A DNA stretch of 64,000 bases from Candidatus Yanofskybacteria bacterium CG10_big_fil_rev_8_21_14_0_10_36_16 (GTDB lineage Bacteria > Patescibacteriota > Minisyncoccia > 2-02-FULL-40-12 > IGHO2-01-FULL-4-A). Below, piece after piece: positions 39,664-50,332 of the stretch (the stretch's first letter is position 1; each line of letters begins with the position of its first letter). The stretch covers positions 97,213 to 161,212 of the forward strand of contig PCXQ01000004.1 of the NCBI GenBank assembly GCA_002794035.1. Direction: 5' to 3'. A program made the position numbers and the translations under genes. The notes beneath the pieces are model-generated. The model worked only from the letters and a program-made list of their open reading frames with translations. It made no database searches and was not told where the DNA came from.

Positions 39664-40771
39664 TTTTTAAAATATTAATTAATTTTTTACTTATAATTTT
39701 TATGTCTTTTTCTTTTAACCCGATATAAAATGGTAAGGCCAAAGAAGAATCACTTACTAATTCTGAAACACTATAATCCCCCTTTTTATAACCAAACATC
39801 TTTTTATAAAAACTAAACAAATGTATAGAAGGCAAATATGGCTTAGTGCTTATTCCAATTTTTGCCAACCTCAACATAATGTTATCCCTCTTTACTCTAG
39901 TATACCCCTTCAATCTAACAACATATACAAACCAAGTATGCTTATTATTAGGTCCCATTTGAGGCAAAATTATCAAATCATCGTGTTTAGATAAATATTT
40001 ATTATAAAGCAATGCTATTTTTTCTCGTTCTCTTAATAAAAAATTGAGTTTGTCTAGCTGGGTCAGACCAAGAGCCGCACTCATTTCATCCATTCTATAA
40101 TTATATCCAAGCCTCTTGTGGTCTAACCAGCGCATATCTTCTGCCCTCCCTTGGTTTCTTAAACTCCTACATGTGTTGTAAATCTTTTTTGAATTTGTAA
40201 CCAACATTCCACCCTCTCCTGTTGTTATTTGTTTGTTTGGGTAAAAAGCAAATACAGCAGATTCTCCGAATGTTCCCGCATTTTTATTTTTATACTTAGC
40301 TCCGATAGACTCACAAGCATCTTCTATAATTTTAAGGTTGTGTTTTTTTGCTATTTTTTTTATTGAGTCCATATCTGCTGTTTGACCAAAAATATGAACT
40401 ACCAAAATAGCTTTTGTATTTTTTGTTATTTTTTCCTCTATTTTTTGAGGATCAATATTGTAAGTTGCAGGATCAATATCTACAAAGACTGGCTTTGCAT
40501 TAACATATAATATGCAGTTTGCTGAAGCAATAAAAGAAAAAGGCGATGTTATTATTTCATCGCCAGATTTTATTTCCGCTGCAATCATGGCCAAGTGTAA
40601 TCCTGCAGTACCACTAGACACAGCACATGCATATTTAACTCCTATAATTTCAGCGAATTTTGACTCAAATTTATTTATAAAAGGTCCGATACTCAAGATA
40701 CCAGAAGTTAAAACATTCTGAATGTTTTTTTTCTCTATATTTGTTATGAAAGGTTTTGCGATTAGATACTT
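39656..40771 (-). CDS. DegT-family PLP-dependent aminotransferase (PseC/LegC-like)
   Basis: DegT fold; likely start MKYLIAKPF at 40771 (ATGA overlap with upstream gene). Confidence 0.75.
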   Translation of the reverse strand, partial: KYLIAKPFITNIEKKNIQNVLTSGILSIGPFINKFESKFAEIIGVKYACAVSSGTAGLHLAMIAAEIKSGDEIITSPFSFIASANCILYVNAKPVFVDIDPATYNIDPQKIEEKITKNTKAILVVHIFGQTADMDSIKKIAKKHNLKIIEDACESIGAKYKNKNAGTFGESAVFAFYPNKQITTGEGGMLVTNSKKIYNTCRSLRNQGRAEDMRWLDHKRLGYNYRMDEMSAALGLTQLDKLNFLLREREKIALLYNKYLSKHDDLIILPQMGPNNKHTWFVYVVRLKGYTRVKRDNIMLRLAKIGISTKPYLPSIHLFSFYKKMFGYKKGDYSVSELVSDSSLALPFYIGLKEKDIKIISKKLINILKNG

Positions 40772-41550
40772 CATCTGTTTAAACGATTGGATAAATATTT
40801 TAAAATCTTTTTGTTTATTAATGTGACTTCTTGATCTCCTATAATTAATTTCGCACCGCAATAAGGCGGAAAGAAAAAAGCTCTTATTTTTCTATCCATC
40901 TCTTCGGCACTGTCTTCGTTTAAATTAATTTCTTTGTTTCTTTCAAGATCTTTTTTGCTCCAATAAACACCCCCTAAATTTGAAGTGGTTATTACTTCAT
41001 CACCTTCAATAAATAGTTGAATTACCTCCTTAAATAATTCCAATAAATAATCTTGCGATTTCTCCTCCAAAGAAAGTGCATTCTCTGTAACGGGGCTTAT
41101 TGGAAATTTCTTGACTTTAATAATCGGGCCAGCATCAAATTCTTCAGAATCAATAAAATGAGCGCTAACTCCATAATCCTCTCTTTTGTCTAATATTGCC
41201 GTATTATACCCTGCACGCCCCTTATAATCTGGCAATGGGGCAGGATGAAAATTAATACACCCTACTTGAGGTAAATTAATTAGAGGGTCTCTTATTCTCT
41301 TCCAATATAGATAAGAAATAACCAAATCAACATTATTAATTGATGTGTCCTTTTGTCTAATTAAATCATAAATATAACCCTCTGTTACAATAGGAATACC
41401 CAATGCTAAAGCAGTATCCTTTAATTTGATTTTGAAAGCCTCATTGGGATCAGCAACCACAAAAGGTACTTCTATACCGTTATTCAACAACCATTTTAAT
41501 GCCATTGAAGCACCAGGTTTTCTCCCCATTAAAATAACTTTTTTAATCAT
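40771..41550 (-). CDS. Formyltransferase-domain protein (putative sugar N-formyltransferase)
   Basis: N-terminal formyl_transf domain with INFHPAPLPDYKGRAG (HxSLLPxxRG-type) motif. Confidence 0.65.
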   Translation of the reverse strand: MIKKVILMGRKPGASMALKWLLNNGIEVPFVVADPNEAFKIKLKDTALALGIPIVTEGYIYDLIRQKDTSINNVDLVISYLYWKRIRDPLINLPQVGCINFHPAPLPDYKGRAGYNTAILDKREDYGVSAHFIDSEEFDAGPIIKVKKFPISPVTENALSLEEKSQDYLLELFKEVIQLFIEGDEVITTSNLGGVYWSKKDLERNKEINLNEDSAEEMDRKIRAFFFPPYCGAKLIIGDQEVTLINKKILKYLSNRLNR

Positions 41551-41628
41551 AGTGTCATCTCCTTTTTCCTTTTAAATTAACTACTTTCATTAAGATATAA
41601 TTAAACAACCCTAAAGTCAACAGCAACC

Positions 41629-42783
41629 CTAAATCTTAGCATGGGTAAATTTTTTATAAAATAAATTGTTTTTATTAATATTTTTTTCTAAAATTTTAAC
41701 AATCTTTTTGCTGGCAGTACCGTCACCATAAGGATTTTTAGACTTAGAAATAATTTGTTTAAAATCCCTGGACAAAGCTATGGAAATTGCTTTTTTAATA
41801 TTTTTAAAAGTATAATCACAATTTACAACATTTTCGGCATGTTCCCTGCCCAGCTGTCTATTACCAACATTTACCACCGGAAGTTTAAAAAAACTTGATT
41901 CCATGATTCCCGAGCTTGAATTTCCAATCATAATGTCAGCATGCTTCATAACATTAAGGTAAATTTCTCTATCTAAATTTTTAAATATATGAAATTCTTT
42001 ATTTCCTCTGTATTTATTTATTTCACTTATTATAATATCCTTACCAGTATCTGAATTTGGATAAATTATAATTTTTTCTCCATCCTCCTTTTCAATAGCT
42101 TTCAAAAGTGGCTCAATTTGATTAACAAATGAAATATTATCAAGCGGTGTAGGATGCTGAATCATTAAAAACCACTTTTTATTAACTTTTAAACCCAGTT
42201 TAGTAGCCAATGTTTTTTTTGGCACATATTTTAAAACCCTGGCTTCATCAAGACCTGGAGCCCCCACCAAGAAAACCCTATTTTTTTCCTCTCCCAAAAG
42301 AATAATTCTTTTGTAGCTTTTTGGAGTTGCAGCAAAATGCAAATGGGCAAATTTTGTAATAGAATGTCTTATATACTCATCAACAACATGCCCAGTAACA
42401 TCCCCTCCGTGTATATGCCCAATGGGTATTCTTAAATGAGAACCTACGATGGCACCGGCAAATTGCTCGCCCCTATCACCCAAAACAAGTATCATATCAG
42501 GTCTATTTTTCATGCAATATTTCTTTATACCTATTACATCATTAGATAAGGCATCCATCATATCACTATTATAAGGTGTGTTTATAATACACTTTATAGG
42601 AAACCCATCTTTTTTTATATCATTTATTGTAAACCCAAATTTTTTTTGAGTATGCATTCCAGTAACCAACAATTCTGGCTCTAATTTGTTGCTAATTTTA
42701 ATTTCCTTAATAACTGGCCTAAACAAGCCATAATCAGCTCTTGTTCCTGTAATTATTAAAATTCTTTTTTTATGTTTAGACAT
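41629..42783 (-). CDS. UDP-N-acetylglucosamine 2-epimerase (hydrolysing), NeuC/LegG family
   Basis: GDRGEQFAGAIVGSHLRIPIGHIHGGDVTG NeuC-type motif. Confidence 0.8.
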   Translation of the reverse strand: MSKHKKRILIITGTRADYGLFRPVIKEIKISNKLEPELLVTGMHTQKKFGFTINDIKKDGFPIKCIINTPYNSDMMDALSNDVIGIKKYCMKNRPDMILVLGDRGEQFAGAIVGSHLRIPIGHIHGGDVTGHVVDEYIRHSITKFAHLHFAATPKSYKRIILLGEEKNRVFLVGAPGLDEARVLKYVPKKTLATKLGLKVNKKWFLMIQHPTPLDNISFVNQIEPLLKAIEKEDGEKIIIYPNSDTGKDIIISEINKYRGNKEFHIFKNLDREIYLNVMKHADIMIGNSSSGIMESSFFKLPVVNVGNRQLGREHAENVVNCDYTFKNIKKAISIALSRDFKQIISKSKNPYGDGTASKKIVKILEKNINKNNLFYKKFTHAKI

Positions 42784-43858
42784 AGTGTGCTTTCTTAATC
42801 AAAGTATCTTTTTTTATGTACTTAGTAGATTTTTTACCCAAAATTAAATTAAAATATTTTGGCGGAAGTCCATTGCCGGGTCTTTTCACGCCAATATTTT
42901 TTTCAGAAAACAAGTCTCCCTTTTTAATATCTTTTGTAGCTACTACACTTTTTGCTGCAGCTTTTATAATTGTTTTTTCGTTGAATGTTAAAGTTTTTTC
43001 TCCAGAACCCAATGCTTGTTCTATGTTTCTAATCGCCTCCACTAATCTTTTTAGCTCATCCGGTTCCAAAGATGCCTTATGATCAGGACCTGGCAAATTT
43101 CTATCGAGAGTAAAATGTTTTTCTATTACACAAGCCCCCAAAGAAACTGCCGCAACAGCGGCCTCTATACCAAGGGTATGATCTGAATACCCAAAAAGTA
43201 CATCGTTTTTATTCCCGAGCGTTACCATGGCTCGTATATTAGCTTGGTCAAAAGGACATGGATAACTTGTTGTACACTGGAGTACAACAAGTTTATTATT
43301 CCCGGTTTTCCTAATAGCTTCTATAGACTCTGCAACAGAGTTTAAATCCTGCATCCCAGTAGAAAGGATTACGGGCAATTGCCATTCAGCCATCTTAGAT
43401 AAATATGGAATATTGTTTGCATCAGAAGAACCAACTTTTATTGCCTTAACCTTAATAGACTTTAAAAAAAATGCATCATCTAACGAAAAAGGCGTAGATA
43501 AAAAAAACAATCCTTTATCTTCAGCATATTTTTTAAGTTTCCTGTGCCATGACCTGGGTAACATTAATTTTTTTAGCATTTGATAATGGCTTTCTTTGCC
43601 TATATTTTTACTCTGATATTTTGCTTTGGGAGCATTTTTGATAATTAATGTTTCTGGATTAAATGTTTGAAATTTAATAGCATCTGCTCCGGATTTAGAA
43701 GCTATACTTATTAATTTTTTAGCCATCTTAAAATTACCATTATGATTAACTCCTGCCTCGGCTATTATGAAAGCTTTATGTCCTGGGCCAATTTTTATGT
43801 TCCCTATTTTTATAAATTTATTAAATTTTTCCATGTTAGATTGTCCAACCACCATCAA
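42776..43858 (-). CDS. Nonulosonic acid synthase (NeuB/LegI/PseI family)
   Basis: IAEAGVNHNGNFKMAKKLISIASKSGADAIKFQTF NeuB signature plus C-terminal SAF domain. Confidence 0.85.
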   Translation of the reverse strand: MMVVGQSNMEKFNKFIKIGNIKIGPGHKAFIIAEAGVNHNGNFKMAKKLISIASKSGADAIKFQTFNPETLIIKNAPKAKYQSKNIGKESHYQMLKKLMLPRSWHRKLKKYAEDKGLFFLSTPFSLDDAFFLKSIKVKAIKVGSSDANNIPYLSKMAEWQLPVILSTGMQDLNSVAESIEAIRKTGNNKLVVLQCTTSYPCPFDQANIRAMVTLGNKNDVLFGYSDHTLGIEAAVAAVSLGACVIEKHFTLDRNLPGPDHKASLEPDELKRLVEAIRNIEQALGSGEKTLTFNEKTIIKAAAKSVVATKDIKKGDLFSEKNIGVKRPGNGLPPKYFNLILGKKSTKYIKKDTLIKKAHYV

Positions 43859-44594
43859 TGACTAAATTGTGACCTGTTATATAGCCAGAATCATCTGATG
43901 ATAAAAATAAAAATGCTCCAACTAAATCACTCGGTCGAGCCATTCGATTGCCTAATAAAACTTTTTTAGAATAATTTTTTATAAATTTTTGGGGTTGATT
44001 ATTAAAAACCCCCCCAGGAGACAAAGAATTAACCCTTATATTATATTCACCTAAATAACTGGCTAGGTATTTTGTTAAATTTATAATAGCTCCCTTAACA
44101 GCAACGTATTCTACTGTTGTCCCCATGGCCATGTTCACACCTTTATAAATATCGAATCTTGGAGCAGAAAAACCATAAATAGATGCGACATTAATTATGT
44201 TCCCACTTCTTTGTTTTTTCATTATTTTAGCAACCTCCTTGGAAGTTAAAAAATAGCCACCAAGATGCATCCCCACATTTTCACAAAAATCATCATAAGT
44301 TACATCTTCCATTTTTCTACCATAATTTTTATTTTTTGGATAAGCACTATTTACCAAGACATCGATTTTGCCAAATTTTTGAACAATTTTTTGAAAAGAT
44401 TCTGAAACTGATTTTTCATTTGTTATGTCACATTTTAAAAACAATACTTTTTTAGCAAAAGTTTCCTCAGTCATATCCAAAACTGCAACATTCGCACCAT
44501 TTTCAATAGCTGCATTTACAAAAGCCCCCCCAATAAGACCTGCTCCCCCTGTTATAACAACTACTTTATTTTTTAATCTTAATTTTGGTTTCAT
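43836..44594 (-). CDS. Short-chain dehydrogenase/reductase (PtmA-like)
   Basis: VVITGGAGLIGGA Rossmann and YxxxK catalytic region. Confidence 0.7.
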   Translation of the reverse strand: MKPKLRLKNKVVVITGGAGLIGGAFVNAAIENGANVAVLDMTEETFAKKVLFLKCDITNEKSVSESFQKIVQKFGKIDVLVNSAYPKNKNYGRKMEDVTYDDFCENVGMHLGGYFLTSKEVAKIMKKQRSGNIINVASIYGFSAPRFDIYKGVNMAMGTTVEYVAVKGAIINLTKYLASYLGEYNIRVNSLSPGGVFNNQPQKFIKNYSKKVLLGNRMARPSDLVGAFLFLSSDDSGYITGHNLVIDGGWTI

Positions 44595-45861
44595 TTTTTT
44601 TAGTAAAAAATTCTATTGCTTTCTTTAAAGCATTAACTTGTTTTTTCATATCTTTTTCTATGCCCTGATTAGTCGTAAACTGCATAAGCTGTGGTTGTAT
44701 TTTTTCAGTATTAGGACATTTTATATTATTAGCAAAACCAATTAATTCTTTATCTTTTAAATTAAACCCTGGGAAATATTTTCCGCTACGATTAAGCATC
44801 TTAATAACTGGCTCCTTGTAAAGAGGCACCCAAGAAGCATAAATGCCATCCCCGCCAAATTCCATAAACTTTTTCCTGAAATCATACCAACTCACACCCA
44901 GCTTTTCTTCTCCTTCATATCTTATAGCTAAGGTCCAATAAGAATTATTATATCCTTTTGGTACTTTTTGTGGGATCAACCAATCGCACTTAGTCTCTTT
45001 TATTGCTTTAAGATATTTTTGTGCTATCTCCCGTCTTTTGCTTACAAGATAATCAATTTTTTCAAGTTGAGCTAACCCAACAGCTGCTGCAACCTCTGGC
45101 AATCTATGATTCCAACCCAAAGAATCATGGCGTTCATACTTGGGATCCTGAAATGAATCTTTTCCTTTTCTAACCTGCCCATTAACAGCTTTTACATTTT
45201 TATACCCAAGACAACCAAACTTTCTCATTCTTTCAGCAAATTTTTCATTGTTTGTAATCAAAATACCACCATCACCAGTTGAAAGATGTTTCGAATTTTC
45301 AAAACTAAAACTTCCAACATCTCCGATTGTGCCGCCTATTCTACCTTTTTCATCAGTACCCAAATAACACTGCGCGCAATCCTCCAGCACATAAAGATTG
45401 TATTTTTTTGCAATCTTCATAATTGCATCCATATCACAAACCTGCCCGTAAAGATGTACTGGCATTATTGCTTTTGTTTTTTTTGTAATTTTTCTTTCAA
45501 CATCTTTTGGGTCCATTAAAAAAGTATCGGGGTCAACATCAGCAAACACCGGCTTAGCTCTGTTATATAAAACAGCAAAAGCACATGAAACAACGGTAAT
45601 TGATGGGACAATTACTTCATCTCCAGGACCAACACCAAAAGCAGTAAGTGCTTGATTCAATGTTGTGGTGCCCGAAGTAGATGTTATTGCATATTTAACT
45701 CCAAAACGTTTGGTAAACTCTGATTCTAGACGTTGGTTCATGTTGCCACTAGTTGAACTACCGAAACCAGAATCCAAAACCTCTTTTACATATCTCAATT
45801 CGTTACCTCGAAACCTCCAACTGCGACTACTTTTTTTAAATTTTATTTTATTTTTTTTCAT
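44566..45861 (-). CDS. DegT-family PLP-dependent aminotransferase (second copy in module 1)
   Basis: DegT-fold sequence, 431 aa with N-terminal extension. Confidence 0.7.
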   Translation of the reverse strand: MKKNKIKFKKSSRSWRFRGNELRYVKEVLDSGFGSSTSGNMNQRLESEFTKRFGVKYAITSTSGTTTLNQALTAFGVGPGDEVIVPSITVVSCAFAVLYNRAKPVFADVDPDTFLMDPKDVERKITKKTKAIMPVHLYGQVCDMDAIMKIAKKYNLYVLEDCAQCYLGTDEKGRIGGTIGDVGSFSFENSKHLSTGDGGILITNNEKFAERMRKFGCLGYKNVKAVNGQVRKGKDSFQDPKYERHDSLGWNHRLPEVAAAVGLAQLEKIDYLVSKRREIAQKYLKAIKETKCDWLIPQKVPKGYNNSYWTLAIRYEGEEKLGVSWYDFRKKFMEFGGDGIYASWVPLYKEPVIKMLNRSGKYFPGFNLKDKELIGFANNIKCPNTEKIQPQLMQFTTNQGIEKDMKKQVNALKKAIEFFTKKNETKIKIKK

Positions 45862-46585
45862 TTTTTTTGTGTCTCATTATGGCGCGAACAACTTTTAAAT
45901 CATAAATGTCATCCACTTCATAATTTTGCCACCTTTCAATAAAATAAGGCATTATCCTTTTGGGATAAAAAGTTCTTTCTTTTTGTAAGGTTTTAGTCTT
46001 ACAAAGGTAAACTACGCCATATGGGAAATATGTCCTAGGCAAATCTTGCCTTCTCATAGTTAATCTTGAAATATTAATAAGAGATTTAATAAATCCCTTT
46101 TCGATTTTTTTAGCATAAAATGGACTTTCTAAATTAATCTCACCAACACTAACAACGGCATCGGTTTTATTCCAGTTATTAATCAATATTTTTATCGCAT
46201 TATCTATGTCTTGTGTTTTTCGTAACGGTGAAGTGGGCTCTAGCAAGGCTACTGCGTCATATTTTTCTTCGTCCTTACTTAACTGATCCAGTGTATATAG
46301 AACAGCGTCGATTGTTGGCGATTTATCAGTTGCTAATTCTTGTGGTCTTAAAAATGGAACATCTGCTCCATATTTATTCGCAACCCTAACAATCTTTTTA
46401 TGATCAGTTGACACTATTATTCTTGTAATTAGCTTTGATTTTTGAGCAGAGTTAATTGAATGAGCAATAAGGGGCAACCCTCCGATATTAATAATATTTT
46501 TACCAGGAAGACCTTTTGAGCCACCTCGAGCTGGAATAAACGCCAATATCTTTTTAGTTTTATTTTTAATTATTGTTTTAATCAT
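45848..46585 (-). CDS. Acylneuraminate cytidylyltransferase-like (CMP-nonulosonic acid synthetase, NeuA/LegF family)
   Basis: ILAFIPARGGSKGLPGKN CTP_transf_3 motif. Confidence 0.8.
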   Translation of the reverse strand: MIKTIIKNKTKKILAFIPARGGSKGLPGKNIINIGGLPLIAHSINSAQKSKLITRIIVSTDHKKIVRVANKYGADVPFLRPQELATDKSPTIDAVLYTLDQLSKDEEKYDAVALLEPTSPLRKTQDIDNAIKILINNWNKTDAVVSVGEINLESPFYAKKIEKGFIKSLINISRLTMRRQDLPRTYFPYGVVYLCKTKTLQKERTFYPKRIMPYFIERWQNYEVDDIYDLKVVRAIMRHKKNEKK

Positions 46586-46655
46586 TGATAAAATTGACTA
46601 ATTCATTATATAATCACAAAAATAGCTATTTTACAACAAAATAAGGAGTCTAAAT

Positions 46656-47629
46656 ATGACCAATACTACTTCATATCTGGGTCTTTGCTACCATTATATA
46701 AGATCTCGGCAATCACAAAAAGATTTTCCTAGAATTCTAGGAAGCAGCCAAGAAGAATTCATTAAACACGTAGAAGCGTTAAAAAAACAATTCAGGATAA
46801 TCGATCCAAAAGAATTGATAGATTTACATTATGGAAAACACACTCTACAAGACGCAAGACCTGGTATTCTAGTTACATTTGATGATGGCCTGTCAGATCA
46901 CTATCTTGCAGCACAAATTTTAAATTCTTTAGGAATAAATGCATTATTTTTTGTGCCGACATGCGTGTTTTCAGAAAACCTTCCAGCAAATCCAATAATT
47001 ATTCACTACGGTATTGCCATTTTTGGAGTAAAATATTTCCTTGAAGTTTACAATCATATAGTTAGTAATGAAAATTTAAGCGAACACCAAATATTATACA
47101 ACAACCGATTAGATCCTTGGGAAATAATAAAAAGATTAAATCAAAGTTTAAATATGAATTACATCACGTTGCATCTAGAAAAATACTCTTGGAAATATAC
47201 GACTTACTATTACTCAAGAATGCACACGACATAATGAATGTAATGCACTTAAACCATGGCCAACTAAAAGCAATGATAAAAATGGGTCACAGTATAGGCG
47301 TTCACACCCACACACATGTTTCTGTTGCAGCGTCTAAATTAAATCACACAGAAGCTTACAAAGAATTAGTATGGCCCAAAATATATCTAGAAGACCAATT
47401 TAGCTGTAATGTATTTGCATTTAGCTATCCTTTTGGAGAAAGACAGGACTGTCTTAACACAAGCCAATTCTTAGAAAAAACCGGTGATTATAAATTGGCT
47501 TTTACGATTGAGGAAATTGTAAACAACAAAGAAACTCCCCCGCTTGAACTTGGTAGATATATGCCAACAAGCCATGATACAGATAAAAGTTTGCTACAAA
47601 AACTAAATCAAATCTTGGGAGGTGCATAA
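46656..47629 (+). pseudogene. Polysaccharide deacetylase (NodB-type) split by a frameshift into two overlapping ORFs (46656..47234 and 47117..47629)
   Basis: NodB motif 1 TFDDGLSDHY in first ORF, His motif HSIGVHTHTH in second ORF in a different frame. Confidence 0.5.
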
Positions 47630-48436
47630 ATGCGCCTAGCAATTCTTACCAACAGTTCAATACGCCACAAGTATTTAGCAAATGAATTATATAAAAGCAT
47701 ACTAAGTTTTGATCCTGGTAGCAGCGTTGTTGTGACCTCAGAATTAGCTCCTGACAGCAATAAACCTCGGGTTGAATTATCGCCATTAATCGAAGATCAC
47801 TTTAAACTAAGGTATGCAACAGAAGCAGAAATGTTTGATTATAATGACTTTTTTTTAGCACCCGTTCTCCCCCTCCCTTATCGTGAACTTAATTCAGAAT
47901 ATGTTTGTGAAGTTTTGGAAAAGTTTAACCCTGAAGTTGTTGTAGTGTTTGGTTCATCAATAATTAAAAAGCCACTTCTTTCTCTTTTGCCAGCTGGTAA
48001 AACATTTAATTTGCACCTGGGATTATCTCCGTATTATCGGGGAAGCGGAACAAATTTTTGGCCTTTTGTTAACAAAGAGCTTGAATATGTAGGATCAACA
48101 ATAATCTATTTAGATGCAGGCGTAGACACAGGTGACATCCTGTGCCACGTAACACCTGAAATAGAAATTGGAGACAACGTACATACAGTTGGTTGTAAAG
48201 TTATCAAATCAAGCGTAAACACCCTAAAGGAAATAATAAAAACCACCATGTTAGGCAAAACCCTACCACGCACAAAACAGTGGACACCAACAAGCCCTAG
48301 GTATTATAAAAGCAAAGATTTTAATGAACTTGCCCTAAAACAATATTATAGAAACCTCAAAGAAGGCTTAATAACAAATTACCTAAAGAACAATCCAAAA
48401 CCAAAGAAAATTATAAATTTTGATTTAAATTTATAA
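47630..48436 (+). CDS. Formyltransferase-like protein (second putative sugar N-formyltransferase)
   Basis: VVVFGSSII...FNLHLGLSPYYRGSGTNFWP matching formyl_transf N-domain motif. Confidence 0.55.
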   Translation: MRLAILTNSSIRHKYLANELYKSILSFDPGSSVVVTSELAPDSNKPRVELSPLIEDHFKLRYATEAEMFDYNDFFLAPVLPLPYRELNSEYVCEVLEKFNPEVVVVFGSSIIKKPLLSLLPAGKTFNLHLGLSPYYRGSGTNFWPFVNKELEYVGSTIIYLDAGVDTGDILCHVTPEIEIGDNVHTVGCKVIKSSVNTLKEIIKTTMLGKTLPRTKQWTPTSPRYYKSKDFNELALKQYYRNLKEGLITNYLKNNPKPKKIINFDLNL

Positions 48437-48449
48437 TTCCTGCTCGCAA

Positions 48450-49163
48450 TTAGCGGGCTTTTTTCTTTCTTTGCTTCAAAATTTTTCTAAATTCCAAAAG
48501 CTCTTCTTTGTAATTGATATCCATGCTGGCATGAGCTGGCATAATATATGGGATCGTTTCCTGTGTAAACATGCTTTTCCTTTTTATAAATTCTTTTGTG
48601 CTAATTATGTAAATTGATCCATCGGGCCAAAATACATCAGGCAACTCATGTCTATTAGCAAAAGGAAATTTATCATCAACGGCTCCCTTTAAAAAACCTC
48701 TTTCATTAACCAAGAAAATTTTAAGATAATTAGAGCTCATTTTTCTAACGCTTATTAAAGACTTGGCGTTACTTTTTAAAAATGATGCGATTGATTTATC
48801 TATATCTATACGCCTCCTCAAGGGAGATGTTGGCTGCAACAGAATAATTAAATCTGGATTATAATTTTCATTTTCTTTTAAATAATCTAATGCGTGCATT
48901 ATAGCATGCTCAAACCTAGAGTTATCTCTTGCTAAATGTTCTGGTCTTTTTATAACCTGAGCTCCATATTTTTTTGATATATTTAAAATTTTATCATCGT
49001 CAGACGAAACAACAACTTTGTCTATATAAGAAGACTCGAGTGCCGGCCTAATTGAATACGCAATCAAGGGCATACCTCCAGCCATTGCAATATTTTTACC
49101 AGGAAGACCTTTTGAGCCACCCCTAGCTCCTATAAATGCTAAAATTTTATATTTTTTACTCAT
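48450..49163 (-). CDS. Acylneuraminate cytidylyltransferase-like (CMP-nonulosonic acid synthetase), module 2
   Basis: ILAFIGARGGSKGLPGKN motif; overlaps upstream neuC-like by 4 nt. Confidence 0.8.
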   Translation of the reverse strand: MSKKYKILAFIGARGGSKGLPGKNIAMAGGMPLIAYSIRPALESSYIDKVVVSSDDDKILNISKKYGAQVIKRPEHLARDNSRFEHAIMHALDYLKENENYNPDLIILLQPTSPLRRRIDIDKSIASFLKSNAKSLISVRKMSSNYLKIFLVNERGFLKGAVDDKFPFANRHELPDVFWPDGSIYIISTKEFIKRKSMFTQETIPYIMPAHASMDINYKEELLEFRKILKQRKKKAR

Positions 49164-50332
49164 ATATTTTCTAATTTCAAATCTTTAAATTGTTTTTGGA
49201 TTGTTTTATTCCACACACTTCGAGTTTTTAGTATTTTTAAAAATTTTTTATGGCTATCACCCTTGCCAAACATCTTTACTGATTTAAACCTTATCTTTTT
49301 TGAAGAAAACTTATTTATACAACCCAAGATTTCACTCTCTTTATAATTACAATTAAACACACCCTTTGTTGCCTTTATCCTATTATTTTGCCTACTTCCT
49401 ATGTTTATAGCAGGCACACCACAATAAGGCGCTTCTCTAACCCCGGCACTTGAATTACCAATAATAAAGTTTGCATTTTTCATCAAGGTCAAAAAATATT
49501 CAAACCTTATTGACTGAAATATTTTAAATCTAGAGTTACCCATTAAATTTGTATTATATTCATTACTTATCATATCAGTTCCTGGATCATTATTTGGATA
49601 TATTACGATATAATTCATATCTGAATTAAGCAATGTATTAACAAGGGTTTTTATGTATTTTTTAGTTAAATCAATTTCTGAAGTAACTGAATGATAAATC
49701 AAAATTGCGTATTTATTAAATTTGATTCCATACCTTTTTTTAACAATTTCTAGAGAAGGCAATTTTTTAGAATTCAAAACGTCTATATCGGGAGATCCTA
49801 TAACATGAATACTGCTGGAATCTTCACCCATCTGCAAAAGTCGCGTCTTAGCCTCTTGATTTGCCACAAAATGTATATGTGACATTTTGCTTATAGCGTG
49901 CCTAATATGTTCATCAATTGTACCGGATACTTCCCCTCCCTCTATGTGAGCAACAAGAATATTATTTAAAGACCCCGCCAAAGCACCTGCCAAAGCCTCC
50001 ACTCTATCGCCATGAACAACAACCATGTCAGGTTTAAATTCTTTAAAATAATTACCAAGCCCAGATATAGTATTAGCTAAAATACTTTCCATGGATGTAT
50101 TTTCTGTATGATTAATATATTTATAAATATTAGGGAAGCCATGTTTTTCAATTTCATGAACTGTATGCCCGTAACTAGCAAGCATGTGCATACCCGTAGC
50201 AAAAATATGAACATCGAATATCTTGGAATCAAAAAGGGCCTTGATTAAGGTTTTAATTTTACCGAAATCAGCCCTTGTCCCGGTTATAAAAACAATCCTT
50301 TTTTTATTTATATTTTTGTTATATGTAGCCAT
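49160..50332 (-). CDS. UDP-N-acetylglucosamine 2-epimerase (hydrolysing), NeuC family, module 2
   Basis: NeuC-type GDRVEALAGALAGSLNNILVAHIEGGEVSG motif. Confidence 0.8.
   Translation of the reverse strand: MATYNKNINKKRIVFITGTRADFGKIKTLIKALFDSKIFDVHIFATGMHMLASYGHTVHEIEKHGFPNIYKYINHTENTSMESILANTISGLGNYFKEFKPDMVVVHGDRVEALAGALAGSLNNILVAHIEGGEVSGTIDEHIRHAISKMSHIHFVANQEAKTRLLQMGEDSSSIHVIGSPDIDVLNSKKLPSLEIVKKRYGIKFNKYAILIYHSVTSEIDLTKKYIKTLVNTLLNSDMNYIVIYPNNDPGTDMISNEYNTNLMGNSRFKIFQSIRFEYFLTLMKNANFIIGNSSAGVREAPYCGVPAINIGSRQNNRIKATKGVFNCNYKESEILGCINKFSSKKIRFKSVKMFGKGDSHKKFLKILKTRSVWNKTIQKQFKDLKLENI

Noticed and set aside
43836-44594. SDR as a dedicated NulO C4 epimerase/reductase with a specific name
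   Set aside because: Only the generic SDR Rossmann/YxxxK signature is visible. A PtmA-like role is suggested by context but specific function cannot be assigned from sequence alone.
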